Source: an uncultured Candidatus Saccharibacteria bacterium
GTDB taxonomy: Bacteria; Patescibacteriota; Minisyncoccia; Minisyncoccales; Staskawiczbacteraceae
Length of the DNA stretch: 64,000 nt
Assembly (NCBI GenBank): GCA_964404005.1
Contig: CAYOIH010000001.1
Span: 226 to 64,225 of the forward strand
Direction of reading: 5' to 3'
Shown: piece after piece, positions 26,991-36,613 of the stretch
Layout: every line of letters starts with the position of its first letter
Numbering within the stretch: position 1 is the stretch's first letter
Notes under the pieces: model-generated
What the model was told of the DNA's origin: nothing
Databases searched by the model: none
What the model saw: the letters and a program-made list of their open reading frames with translations, nothing else
Program-made: the position numbers and the translations under genes

Positions 26991-29307
26991 AAATCAGTGT
27001 AGATAGAAAGCTATCTATCTGGTCTTCCAGCTCAGGATTTGATTTAATAACTTCCGAAGCAATTTGTCTGGCCATGTTATAATTTCCTAATTCTTTGTAA
27101 ATAAGCATTATAGAAGTTTTGTATTGTATTTGTGAGCCGTTTATTACAAATAGTTTTTGATACAGGGGAAGCATTTCTTTATAGTTTTTGGTTTCCAAAT
27201 AAGCAGCCACCAGTTGCCTTAAAGAAATTTCATTTTCAACAGAATATCCGTCTTCTTTTGCTTTTTCTACAAATTCTTTTCCCGTTTTAACATCTCCCAA
27301 ATAAATATTAATTAATCCGGACATCCATAGGCAATCGCGGATTTTTGGGAATGTTTTTAAACAATAAACAGATTTTTCCTTTGCTCCCTTTAAATCTCCA
27401 AAAGAGACGTCAGCCATAAAAAAACTAAAAAGAATTGAGGGGTCTCTGGGGCTTAGTTCCATAGCCCTCTTAAAAGCTTCGTCGGACTTTTTTATAATTT
27501 CCGGGTCTTTGTTTTCTTTTGCGATTGTTGCCAGAGATTCTCCCAAGCGTAACCAATTTCTGTAGTCATATGGTTGTAATATTGTATTCTCTCCGGAAAT
27601 TTCTTTAACTTTTTGTGAAACAGAGCTATTTTCTTCGGGATGCGCAATAATCCTGTCTATTAGCAAATTTAAATAAACAGAATTGGCATAGGGGAGGAAA
27701 AAGGTGTTTATTTTGGACTGTTCATCCATAATTTTTATAGTATCTTTCCAGTTTTTCGATGATTCTGCCCGCGCAATAACAATTTGTTTATTCATTTGTA
27801 GAGGAATAAGATTATATTGCCATAAGAATATTATTAATATCAAAAATAAAATGACTATTATTATTGGTTTCCACCAGGTACTGTTTTTAGGTTCAGCGTT
27901 TTTCAGCGCCGTTATCAGCGTAGCATCAGCATTATTCAATGAAATTAAATGCAGTGAATAAGCAGATAAAAAGAAAAAAATAAGCATAATAGCAGCGCCG
28001 TCAATGGACGCCAAGCCAGCTATAAAAAAAGCTATGAATCCCGCTTGTAGTCCATGGGCAACCGGGTATTTTTTCTTGATTTTTTGGAGGCCCCATAATA
28101 ATGAAAGGAAAAAAACAAGGTAAAAAATTAAAGCAAAAATTCCGGAATCAACCAAAATTTGTATTAAATAATTATGCGCCCTGTCAAAATCTTTTATGTC
28201 TTCCATTGCAGGCAAATTGGGGTCATAGTGTTTGTTGAAAGCAACGTAAAAGTTTTCCGGCCCATATCCAAAATATGGCTTTTCAAAAAAAGCCGATATC
28301 GATATTTTCCAGGCAGATATTCTTGACGGGTCAACTGCAGCGCCTGTTGTCAGCGATGCTGTCCGGCCGACAGTGTCTTTTATTAAGTTGGGCATCCCTG
28401 CATAAATTTGAGGGTTGGCACTTAAAAAGAAAAGAAAAAAAATAAATACCATTGGTAAAACTACGGCACTTATTTTTAACCACTTAAATTTTTTAGGACT
28501 CGCCCCGTTAGAGATTACATTATCTCTAGCGGGGTAAAAAATTAAAAAACAAAAAAGTCCAACCAACATGCCTAAAATAGCAGCTCTTGTTTGGGTTATA
28601 AAAATAATTACAAAAGAATAAAAAATAACAAGGAACAAATAAGAGTATTTTTTTACTTTATTTGCTTCTGATATAAAAAATGATAAAGAAAGAAAAAGAA
28701 GCGGTAAAAGGTAAAGAGCAAGAATTATTGGATTTCCCAATGTTGAGCTTGGCCTGTAAGTTGTTACGGCCAGAAATGATGCAAAAAATCCAAATTGCTG
28801 AAGGACAGCTATTAACCCTACCAAAAATCCGATAATCAATGAAAAATCAAGCAGTTTTTTCCAGCTTGCCTCGCCCGTTGGCGGGTCTTCTTTTTTTATA
28901 ATTGAAAAACAGAAGATGCAGAAAAGGATAAAAAACGAAAAATTAATAAATCCGGCGCCTCTTTCTGGGGTTCCCCATAAACTACGGGAAACATCCAGGG
29001 AAAATAATGTTGAAATAAAAACCGCGAAGAAATATGCCAAAAGCGAAATTAACGGAAGAAAGGTTTTCGTGTGCGGATTAAAAACTTCTTTAAAATTTAC
29101 CTGCCCTGAGCCGTGCCGAAGGGTTTTTTCTTTAACCAAATAAATAAAACCCAAAACCGCCAATAGCGACCTAAAAACAATGGCCTGTGTGTATGCCGAG
29201 GGAGTAAACCATGGCGGAACATTTAAAGCCGGCAAGGCTAATATTATAAAGAACCCAGCTATATATAACCAGTAAAAATTGTTACTTTTTTCGTTGATTT
29301 TAGCCAT
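26980..29307 (-). CDS. O-antigen ligase / O-oligosaccharyltransferase-like membrane protein with C-terminal TPRs
   Basis: Many TM segments; STLGNP, TQTRAA, R..AW, GYGPENF, DRAHN motifs; TPR-like tail. Confidence 0.8.
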   Translation of the reverse strand: MAKINEKSNNFYWLYIAGFFIILALPALNVPPWFTPSAYTQAIVFRSLLAVLGFIYLVKEKTLRHGSGQVNFKEVFNPHTKTFLPLISLLAYFFAVFISTLFSLDVSRSLWGTPERGAGFINFSFFILFCIFCFSIIKKEDPPTGEASWKKLLDFSLIIGFLVGLIAVLQQFGFFASFLAVTTYRPSSTLGNPIILALYLLPLLFLSLSFFISEANKVKKYSYLFLVIFYSFVIIFITQTRAAILGMLVGLFCFLIFYPARDNVISNGASPKKFKWLKISAVVLPMVFIFFLFFLSANPQIYAGMPNLIKDTVGRTASLTTGAAVDPSRISAWKISISAFFEKPYFGYGPENFYVAFNKHYDPNLPAMEDIKDFDRAHNYLIQILVDSGIFALIFYLVFFLSLLWGLQKIKKKYPVAHGLQAGFIAFFIAGLASIDGAAIMLIFFFLSAYSLHLISLNNADATLITALKNAEPKNSTWWKPIIIVILFLILIIFLWQYNLIPLQMNKQIVIARAESSKNWKDTIKIMDEQSKINTFFLPYANSVYLNLLIDRIIAHPEENSSVSQKVKEISGENTILQPYDYRNWLRLGESLATIAKENKDPEIIKKSDEAFKRAMELSPRDPSILFSFFMADVSFGDLKGAKEKSVYCLKTFPKIRDCLWMSGLINIYLGDVKTGKEFVEKAKEDGYSVENEISLRQLVAAYLETKNYKEMLPLYQKLFVINGSQIQYKTSIMLIYKELGNYNMARQIASEVIKSNPELEDQIDSFLSTLIYAD
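28503..28534. mobile_element. family B element, 32 nt, in frame
   Basis: CTCG|CCCCGTTAGAGAT..ATCTCTAGCGGGG|TAAA; 32+4 = 36 nt = 12 codons. Confidence 0.8.
29103..29123 (-). repeat. family A element inside the ligase gene
   Basis: Reverse strand CCCTTCGGCACGGCTCAGGGC; encodes TLRHGSG. Confidence 0.8.
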
Positions 29308-29357
29308 GGTTTGTGATACAAATATAAAATAAAGATTATTCTCTGATAATACAAATT

Positions 29358-29804
29358 ATGAAGCAAAAAAGCAACAGAAAAGTTGTAATAACCTCCGGAT
29401 ACTACAACCCCTTACATATTGGTCATGTAAATTTAATTAGAGAAGCTAAAAACTTGGGAGATTTTTTAGTTGTTATAGTAAACAATGATAAGCAGGTGGA
29501 AGCAAAAGGTTCAGTTCCTTTTATGCCGGAAGGAGAGCGGGTAGAGATAATTAAAGCCGTAAAAGATGTAGATGAAGTATTTTTATCTATAGATGAAGAC
29601 AGAACGGTTATTAAAAGTTTGGAGAGGGTTTTTCAAAAACATAAAGGAAAAGAATTATTGTTTGCCAAGGGCGGAGACAGTACGAGTGAAAATGTCCCGG
29701 AAATGGAGGTTTGTGAGAAATTTGGAGCAAAGATTATTTTTGACGTTGGCGGCGGAAAAGTTCAAAGCTCTTCTTGGCTTATAGAAAAATCAATCAAGAG
29801 GTGA
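29358..29804 (+). CDS. cytidylyltransferase-like nucleotidyltransferase (TagD/RfaE-II type)
   Basis: GYYNPLHIGH (HxGH), KGGD, QSSS. Confidence 0.85.
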   Translation: MKQKSNRKVVITSGYYNPLHIGHVNLIREAKNLGDFLVVIVNNDKQVEAKGSVPFMPEGERVEIIKAVKDVDEVFLSIDEDRTVIKSLERVFQKHKGKELLFAKGGDSTSENVPEMEVCEKFGAKIIFDVGGGKVQSSSWLIEKSIKR

Positions 29805-29815
29805 GCGTTATTAAA

Positions 29816-29863
29816 TGACACTTTTTGACCCCTATTGACACCGAGTTAATGGGGGTTTATTAT
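29816..29863 (+). promoter_or_regulatory. sigma70 promoter overlapped by phased TGAC repeats
   Basis: TTGACA 29835-29840, N17, TATTAT 29858-29863; TGAC at 29816, 29826, 29836. Confidence 0.55.
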
Positions 29864-29869
29864 TCATTA

Positions 29870-30118
29870 ATGGAAGAAGAAATACAACCTCGTAAAATAT
29901 ATACCCCGAAAGAGGCCAGGGACTTTCTGAAGGTTTCGGAAAGCACCATGAAAAGAATGCTAAAAAGTGGAATTATCAAGGCTTATAAAGTAAGTGGCCA
30001 GTATAGAATTTGGGGAAGCGAGATATTAATTCTTGTGTCGCCCAAATTGGAATCTAAGGTATATAAAGTTTATAAAAAAATAAGAGAAAATACTCAAAAA
30101 ACCATTGAAAAATGGTAA
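29870..30118 (+). CDS. excisionase/MerR-like (HTH_17) DNA-binding protein
   Basis: YTPKEARDFLKVSESTMKRMLKSGIIKAYKVSGQYRI. Confidence 0.8.
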   Translation: MEEEIQPRKIYTPKEARDFLKVSESTMKRMLKSGIIKAYKVSGQYRIWGSEILILVSPKLESKVYKVYKKIRENTQKTIEKW

Positions 30119-30127
30119 CTAAAAAAT

Positions 30128-30871
30128 ATGCAATCAAATAAAAAAGTGGGAATTTTGGGATATGGTGAAATCGGCCAGGCAATTGCCAAGTTTTACAAAA
30201 ACCCGAAGATTAAAGATTTAAAAAGGGATGAAGGCCTTGAAGGTATCGAAATTTTGCATATTTGTATCCCCTGGTCAGATAAATTTGTAGAAATTGTAAA
30301 AAAACAGATAAAAGAAACAAATCCAAGGCTTACAATCATCCATTCTACCGTGGCCCCCGGAACCACAAGGAAGATTATCAATGGCTTGCCCCGAGCTTGT
30401 CGAGGGGTTGTCCATAGTCCTGTAAGGGGCATACACCCGAAGTTATATGAGGGAATAAAAACGTTTGTAAAATATATCGGCGCCGATGACAAAAAAGCCG
30501 GGCAAATGGCAAAAAAACATTTTAAAAGTTTAGGGATAAAAACAAAAACTTTTTATCCGACAACCACCACAGAATTAGGAAAAATTTTAGATACTACCTA
30601 TTACGGTGTTTGTATCGCCTGGCACGGCGAAATGAAAGAGATATGCGATAAGTTCGGCGTTGATTTTGAAAGTGCAGTGACAGATTTTAATAAAACTTAT
30701 AATGAGGGGTACACAAAGCTTGGGAAAAAGAATGTTGTAAGGCCAGTTTTATATCCGCCTCAAAATGGTAAACCAAAACACTGCATCATCCCAAACGCTG
30801 AAATTCTCAGCCGATACTACAAAACGCCGATTTTCGAATTATTATTGAAGAAGTATAAAAACAAACTTTAA
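30128..30871 (+). CDS. short nucleotide-sugar dehydrogenase-like protein (UDP-Glc/GDP-Man dehydrogenase N-terminal type)
   Basis: GILGYGEIG Rossmann motif, IHSTVAPGTT, TELGK, HCIIPN; family A copy at 30388-30407. Confidence 0.65.
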   Translation: MQSNKKVGILGYGEIGQAIAKFYKNPKIKDLKRDEGLEGIEILHICIPWSDKFVEIVKKQIKETNPRLTIIHSTVAPGTTRKIINGLPRACRGVVHSPVRGIHPKLYEGIKTFVKYIGADDKKAGQMAKKHFKSLGIKTKTFYPTTTTELGKILDTTYYGVCIAWHGEMKEICDKFGVDFESAVTDFNKTYNEGYTKLGKKNVVRPVLYPPQNGKPKHCIIPNAEILSRYYKTPIFELLLKKYKNKL

Positions 30872-30875
30872 AAAT

Positions 30876-31046
30876 ATGAAAAAAGCGCTAATAACCGGAA
30901 TTTGCGGCCAAGACGGGTTTTATTTATTGGAGTTTTTGCTGTCCAGACACCCAAAGAGCAGAAAAAGAGTTTGGTTTTAAGACAAAGATAAAATTAGAAG
31001 ACGGCATAAAAAAACTATTCAATGGTATGAATCAACAAGAGAATAA
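30876..31046 (+). pseudogene. fused remnant of gmd 5' end and fcl-like 3' end
   Basis: [22 protein letters not shown] followed, in shifted frames, by RAEKEFGFKTKIKLEDGIKK / TIQWY*. Confidence 0.75.
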
Positions 31047-31077
31047 AAAATATTAATTAAATTAACAAATTAAAAGT

Positions 31078-32223
31078 ATGCCAGGATGGGAATTATTAGG
31101 TAAAGAAGAAAAAGAAGCCGTTGATGAAATATTTGATAAAAGCAACGGCGTTTTATGCCGTTATGGCTTAGACCAACGAAGGAACAATATTTTCAGAGTT
31201 AAAGAATTTGAAAAAACCTTGGCGCAAAAATTAGGCGTCAAACATTGTCTTTTTGTCTGCAATGGCACAGCCGCATTAAAAATCGCGCTTGTTGCTATGG
31301 GGGTTAAGGCGGGAGATGAAGTAATTACCCAAAGTTTTACTTTTGTCGCAACAGCCGAAGTGGTTTTGGAATTGGGGGCAAAACTTGTTATAACCGAAGT
31401 TGACGAATCTTTGAATATGGATCCGCAAGATTTAAAACAAAAAATTACTTACAAAACAAAAGTTATAATCCCGGTCCATATGTCGGGAGTTGCGGCAAAA
31501 ATGGACGAAATATTGGAAATTGCGAAAGAAAAAAATATTCATGTTTTGGAAGACAGTTGCCAGGCACTGGGTGGAAAATATAAAGGGAAATATCTGGGTA
31601 CAATTGGAGATGCCGGCGTTTATAGCTTGGATATTGGAAAAATAATTACAACGGGCGAAGGCGGAGTTCTAGTCACAAACGACGACAGCCTTTATTTACA
31701 AGCAAAAGAATATTCAGATCATGGCCATCAGGACAAGATGGGCGTTCCAAGAGGCGAGGATACTCATTCGAGTTGGGGCTTTAATTACAAAGTTACTGAA
31801 CTCCAGGGGGCAGTAGGTTTGGCTCAGTTAAAAAAGATAGATTATATTTTGCAAGCGCAGAAAAAGAATAAAAAAATTATCAAGGAAGCTTTGCAGAATA
31901 TTAACGGAATAGAATTTCGTCAGCTTCCGGACTCAGAGGGTGATGCCGGGGACACGCTTATATTTTTTGTCGAGAATAAAGAAAAAGCATCAGAATTCGC
32001 TAAAAAATTTAAAGAAAAAGGTTTTGGCACTAAAAATTTACCGGATGCTCTTAATTGGCATTTTGCCGGAGACTGGAGCCATATTTTTCCACGGGTTGAT
32101 ATTTGGCCAAAATCAGAAGAAATTTTGAGGAAAGCTATAGCTATTCCTGTAATGGTTAATATGAATGACGAACAAATAAATAATATTATTAAAGCCATAA
32201 AAGAGGCAGCAGAAAAAATATGA
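31078..32223 (+). CDS. DegT-family PLP aminotransferase, KdnA-like
   Basis: MPGWELLG N-terminus, NGTAAL, EDSCQ, DIGKIITTGEGG, SDHGH. Confidence 0.8.
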   Translation: MPGWELLGKEEKEAVDEIFDKSNGVLCRYGLDQRRNNIFRVKEFEKTLAQKLGVKHCLFVCNGTAALKIALVAMGVKAGDEVITQSFTFVATAEVVLELGAKLVITEVDESLNMDPQDLKQKITYKTKVIIPVHMSGVAAKMDEILEIAKEKNIHVLEDSCQALGGKYKGKYLGTIGDAGVYSLDIGKIITTGEGGVLVTNDDSLYLQAKEYSDHGHQDKMGVPRGEDTHSSWGFNYKVTELQGAVGLAQLKKIDYILQAQKKNKKIIKEALQNINGIEFRQLPDSEGDAGDTLIFFVENKEKASEFAKKFKEKGFGTKNLPDALNWHFAGDWSHIFPRVDIWPKSEEILRKAIAIPVMVNMNDEQINNIIKAIKEAAEKI

Positions 32224-32855
32224 TATTAGGCGTGACTCCAGCAAGAGGGGGAAGCAAAGGCGTTCCCAAAAAAAATATAAAAGATATGTTGGGCAAGCCA
32301 CTTCTTGCTTGGACAATAGAATCAGCAAAGAAATCAAATCTTTTGGACAGATATATTGTCTCGACTGAAAACAGGGAGATAATGGCGGTCGCCAAAAAAT
32401 ACGGCGCAGATTTTTTAATAAGGCCCAAAAATCTTGCGACAGATAGCGCAACAACATTGTCTGTTTTAAAGCATGTTCTCGCGAAGATAGATGCTGACAT
32501 TGTGGTTATTTTGCAATGCACTTCCTCGGTGAGAGATGACGGCTTGATAGACAAATGTATTAAGAATTTTAAAGACAAGAGAGCCGATTCCTTGGCAACA
32601 GGATTTATGTGTAATTTTTTTGAATGGGGCAGTTACGATGGCAGGCGCCAGGACCTGAAAAACTTTTTCCACGACGACGGAAATATATACATCCTAAAGG
32701 CTGATTTAATAAAAAAAGCGAGCCATTTGAAGGACGCCTGGGGTAAAAAGCAGGAAAGAGTTGTCGTCAGTAAGGATCAGAATTTTGAAATAGATGATGA
32801 ATTTGATTTTTGGTTAAACGAACAGATATTATTAAAAAGAAAAAATAAATGCTGA
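32220..32855 (+). CDS. neuA: acylneuraminate cytidylyltransferase
   Basis: PARGGSKGVPKKNI, RPKNLATD, LQCTS, EIDDEFDF. Confidence 0.85.
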   Translation: MILGVTPARGGSKGVPKKNIKDMLGKPLLAWTIESAKKSNLLDRYIVSTENREIMAVAKKYGADFLIRPKNLATDSATTLSVLKHVLAKIDADIVVILQCTSSVRDDGLIDKCIKNFKDKRADSLATGFMCNFFEWGSYDGRRQDLKNFFHDDGNIYILKADLIKKASHLKDAWGKKQERVVVSKDQNFEIDDEFDFWLNEQILLKRKNKC

Positions 32856-32856
32856 T

Positions 32857-35544
32857 ATGAAAGTACTTTTTGTAATGCCTAATAAAGATGTTTTTGGCTA
32901 TAAGCCTATTGCACTAGCCCTTTTGTCGGCACTTTCTAAAAGACTAGGATGGGAAACAAAATTGTTTGATACAACAGGGATTGATTTTGGGTTTTCTGAA
33001 AGCAAAACCCTTTTCCAAGCTGCAAAAATATTCAAGCCCGTGGACTTTACGAAATACGACATGGCTAAGAAGAAAGTTGATTTAAAGGAAGAGTTCACAA
33101 ATGTATTTAAGGATTATAATCCTGATATTCTAGCTTTTTCTGTTTTAAGCGATCAGTTTATAATATCAAAGGAAATTTCGGAAACAGCAAAAAGGCTCAA
33201 TCCTAATATCGTAGTTATTTGGGGCGGAGCCCATGCAACATTGGACCCGGAGAATGTCCTGAAAAATTATGGGGCGGATTTCGTTTGTTTGGGGGAGGGG
33301 CTTGAAGCATTCCCTGAATTTTTGAGCGCATTTAAGGACGGGAAAGATCTATATAATATTAAAAATATTTGGGGTATTAGAAACGGGGAGATTATAAAAA
33401 ACGACTTAAGGCCGCTAAAACAGAACTTAGACGATTTGCCCTATCTTGATTGGGATATCTTTGATAAAAGGCATTTCTATAAACCATTTTCCGGAAAAGT
33501 ATATATAGGAGGAGACCATATGCTTAACTGGGGATGCGTAAATAATTGCACATATTGCATTAATAATTTTTATCACAATCTTTACGCAGGCAAAAAATGT
33601 GCTTTTCTTAGGCGTTATTCGCCCAAAAGAATCGTTGAAGAATTGAAATATTTGGAAGAAAAGTATGGAATAGAGTTTTTTAAATTTTTTGATGAAGATT
33701 TTCTGCTAAGACCATTGGACTCGCTTAAAGAATTAAGTGAGTTGTATAAAAAAGAGGTTAATGTCCCTTTTTCAATCGAAACTAATCCAAAATTTGTTGA
33801 CCGTGAGCGAGTAGCACTTTTAAAAAATATGAATTGCGTCAATGCTTCGCTAGGGGTTGAAACAGGCGACCTTAAGGCCCGAAAAGAAATATTGGGCAGA
33901 ATAGATTCCGAAGAAGATATTGTAAGGGCCTTTACTTTGTTGAGAGAGGCCGGGATAAAAACATCTTCTTTTAATATGCTCGGGCTGCCTTTTGAATCTA
34001 GGGAAGCTTATAAAAAAACAATCGAAATAAACAGGAAGGCGAATCCTCAATACCCGCAGTGCGGTTTTTTCTATCCTTTTAAAGGAACAAAACTTAGGGA
34101 TATTTCAATTAGTCTTGGTTTGTTTGACGATAAAAATAAGGATACGGCGATATGGCTATATGACAAGCCAGCTCTTCATTTTAAACACTTGACGGAGGAT
34201 GAGCTAGTGGAGATGAGAAATGTTTTTGTCTTTTACATAAAGCTACCCAGAGAATATGAGCCGTTCATAAGAAGGTCGGAAAAAAGAGATGAAATAGGCA
34301 CGAAACTGAGAAATAAAATTTCTGAAATATATGATAAAACTGTGTGGGCGAATGACGGCTGGTATGCAGACGATGGCTTTAAGGAAAATTATTTGGCGGA
34401 GTTAAAACAGATAACGGACAATATAGGCAGTATTGATTTTAGTGGCTTTTCGGGGTCGGCGAAAAAAAATGAAAATGGTTTTAAAAACTATAAAAATGTT
34501 CCTTATTATTTTTTTGGTAAAGGATCTGTCTCTGAGCTGAAAAATGTATTGTCGAGAAAAAGAGTACAAGGGCTTCCGACAGTTTTTTTAGTTGATGAAT
34601 TTTTTACCGATAAAAATGTGCAGAATATCCTGTCGCTGGAGCCGGCAGACATTTTGATTTTTGTTTCTACAAAACAAGAACCCAAAGCAGAGTATATTGA
34701 TGAAATAACTGATGGGATAAAATCAAAATTTCAAAAAGGCCTACCTTCGGCAATAATAGGAATGGGCGGAGGAACGGTAATGGATATTTCAAAATGTGTT
34801 TCTATTTTATTGACAAATCCAGGCAAAGCAGAAGATTACCAGGGCTGGAATTTAGTTAAAAATCCGGGTGTTTATAAAATTGGCATACCGACAATTTCAG
34901 GCACGGGAGCAGAAACGTCAAGAACAGGCGTGTTTACAAGCAAAAAAGTAAAATTGGGTATGAATAGCGAATATTCCATGTTTGACCAAATTATTTTAGA
35001 TCCAGAATTTTTAAAAACAGTGCCGAAAGAGAAATTCATTTATACCGCAATGGATTGTTACGCTCATGATGTTGAATTATTGAAAGGCAACGACAGCCAA
35101 CTGACTAAAGTTTTTGCCGCTAGTTCGTTAAATCTATTGCGAGGGGCGCTAAAAAATCCCCAGAAAATTGATTATGAAAAGTTGATGCTTTCTTCTTATC
35201 TTGGCGGAATCGCAATGGGAACGGCTTCGGGTGGGCACGTATGCCATCCGACCTCTTACGGCCTTAGTTTTGTTTTAGGATTAAGACACGGGATATCGGT
35301 GTGCATGGCATTTAATGCTTTGGAAGAATATTATGGAGATTTTTTGCCTGAGTTCAGGGATATTTTCTTCAGATTCAACGTGAATTTGCCCAAAGGTGTT
35401 ACAAAAGACGCCACAGAGCAGCAGATAGAAGAAATGGCGCAAGCAACGCTTAAAAATGAAAAACCGCTGGAGAGCGCTTTCGGAAAAAATTGGAGAGAGG
35501 TATTTACAAAAGAAAAAGTAAAAGAGATTTTAAGAAGAATATAA
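32857..35544 (+). CDS. fusion of a B12-binding radical SAM enzyme and a KdnB-like metal-dependent alcohol dehydrogenase
   Basis: WGGAHAT/GEG (B12 domain), GCVNNCTYC; from ~34480 GGGTVMD, YQGW, PTISGTGAE, DCYAH, CHPTSYGL, LRHG. Confidence 0.85.
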   Translation: MKVLFVMPNKDVFGYKPIALALLSALSKRLGWETKLFDTTGIDFGFSESKTLFQAAKIFKPVDFTKYDMAKKKVDLKEEFTNVFKDYNPDILAFSVLSDQFIISKEISETAKRLNPNIVVIWGGAHATLDPENVLKNYGADFVCLGEGLEAFPEFLSAFKDGKDLYNIKNIWGIRNGEIIKNDLRPLKQNLDDLPYLDWDIFDKRHFYKPFSGKVYIGGDHMLNWGCVNNCTYCINNFYHNLYAGKKCAFLRRYSPKRIVEELKYLEEKYGIEFFKFFDEDFLLRPLDSLKELSELYKKEVNVPFSIETNPKFVDRERVALLKNMNCVNASLGVETGDLKARKEILGRIDSEEDIVRAFTLLREAGIKTSSFNMLGLPFESREAYKKTIEINRKANPQYPQCGFFYPFKGTKLRDISISLGLFDDKNKDTAIWLYDKPALHFKHLTEDELVEMRNVFVFYIKLPREYEPFIRRSEKRDEIGTKLRNKISEIYDKTVWANDGWYADDGFKENYLAELKQITDNIGSIDFSGFSGSAKKNENGFKNYKNVPYYFFGKGSVSELKNVLSRKRVQGLPTVFLVDEFFTDKNVQNILSLEPADILIFVSTKQEPKAEYIDEITDGIKSKFQKGLPSAIIGMGGGTVMDISKCVSILLTNPGKAEDYQGWNLVKNPGVYKIGIPTISGTGAETSRTGVFTSKKVKLGMNSEYSMFDQIILDPEFLKTVPKEKFIYTAMDCYAHDVELLKGNDSQLTKVFAASSLNLLRGALKNPQKIDYEKLMLSSYLGGIAMGTASGGHVCHPTSYGLSFVLGLRHGISVCMAFNALEEYYGDFLPEFRDIFFRFNVNLPKGVTKDATEQQIEEMAQATLKNEKPLESAFGKNWREVFTKEKVKEILRRI

Positions 35545-35547
35545 AAA

Positions 35548-36603
35548 ATGGCAGCAGATAAAAATAATAAGAAAAATTCCATCAGTATCCATGGAAGAAA
35601 AATAGGTGAAGAATACGAACCTTTTATTATAGCTGAAATCGGCATAAACCACGAAGGAAGTTTAAAAAAAGCGAAGAAAATGGTAGATGATGCCCAAAAA
35701 TGCGGGGCAGAGTGCGTAAAATTTCAATCGCACGTAATTGAAGACGAAATGATAGAAAATAATGTTATCCCCGGAAACGCCAAAGAATCAATCTGGGATA
35801 TAATGAAACGTTGCGCCCTTACAGAAAAAGAGGAAAAAGAACTTAAAAAATATGTTGAAGACGCGGGCATGGTTTATTTATGCACGCCATTTTCTCGCGC
35901 CGCCGCAGACAGGTTGCAGAAAATGGGAGTGGTCGCTTTTAAAATAGGCTCAGGAGAGTGCAATAATTATCCTTTAATAGAACACATCGCTTCATTTGGA
36001 AAACCAACTATTTTGAGCACAGGCATGAATGACATAAAAAGTATCAGAAAAAGCGTTAATATTTTAGAAAAGGCAAAAGTGAATTATGCTTTGTTACATT
36101 GTACCTCTATGTATCCAACGCCGTACGATAAAGTAAGATTAAATGCCATAGCTGAACTTAGGAGAGAATTTAAAAATGCAGTCATAGGTCTAAGTGACCA
36201 TTCAATCGGCAATTATACATCTTTTGCGTCGATTCCCCTCGGCGCCTGTATAATAGAAAAACATTTTACTTCTGACAGAACTTGGCCGGGTCCCGACGTT
36301 CCTATTTCGATAATCCCATCAGAATTGGAAGATTTAATCAAGGGGACTAAAGCCATACACCAAGCCCTTGGCGGCAAAAAAAATATATTAAAAGAAGAAG
36401 CGCCGACCATAAAATTTGCTTATGCTTCGGTGGTCACAATAAATGATATAAAGAAAGGAGAAATTTTTACAAAAGAAAACCTGTGGGTTAAAAGGCCGGG
36501 AACAGGGGAAATAAAAACGGAACATTATTCAGAAATATTGGGAAAAAAATCGAAAAAAGATATTAAAAAAAATTCGCAATTAAAATGGGGCATGGTCGGC
36601 TAA
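35548..36603 (+). CDS. neuB: N-acetylneuraminate synthase with SAF domain
   Basis: AEIGINHEGS, VIPGNA, KIGSGECNNYPL, LSDHS, VKRPG. Confidence 0.93.
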   Translation: MAADKNNKKNSISIHGRKIGEEYEPFIIAEIGINHEGSLKKAKKMVDDAQKCGAECVKFQSHVIEDEMIENNVIPGNAKESIWDIMKRCALTEKEEKELKKYVEDAGMVYLCTPFSRAAADRLQKMGVVAFKIGSGECNNYPLIEHIASFGKPTILSTGMNDIKSIRKSVNILEKAKVNYALLHCTSMYPTPYDKVRLNAIAELRREFKNAVIGLSDHSIGNYTSFASIPLGACIIEKHFTSDRTWPGPDVPISIIPSELEDLIKGTKAIHQALGGKKNILKEEAPTIKFAYASVVTINDIKKGEIFTKENLWVKRPGTGEIKTEHYSEILGKKSKKDIKKNSQLKWGMVG

Positions 36604-36613
36604 ATTTTTTAAC

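Noticed and set aside
29870-30118. Excisionase as evidence of a prophage or integrative element
   Set aside because: No integrase, att-like repeats or phage genes nearby.
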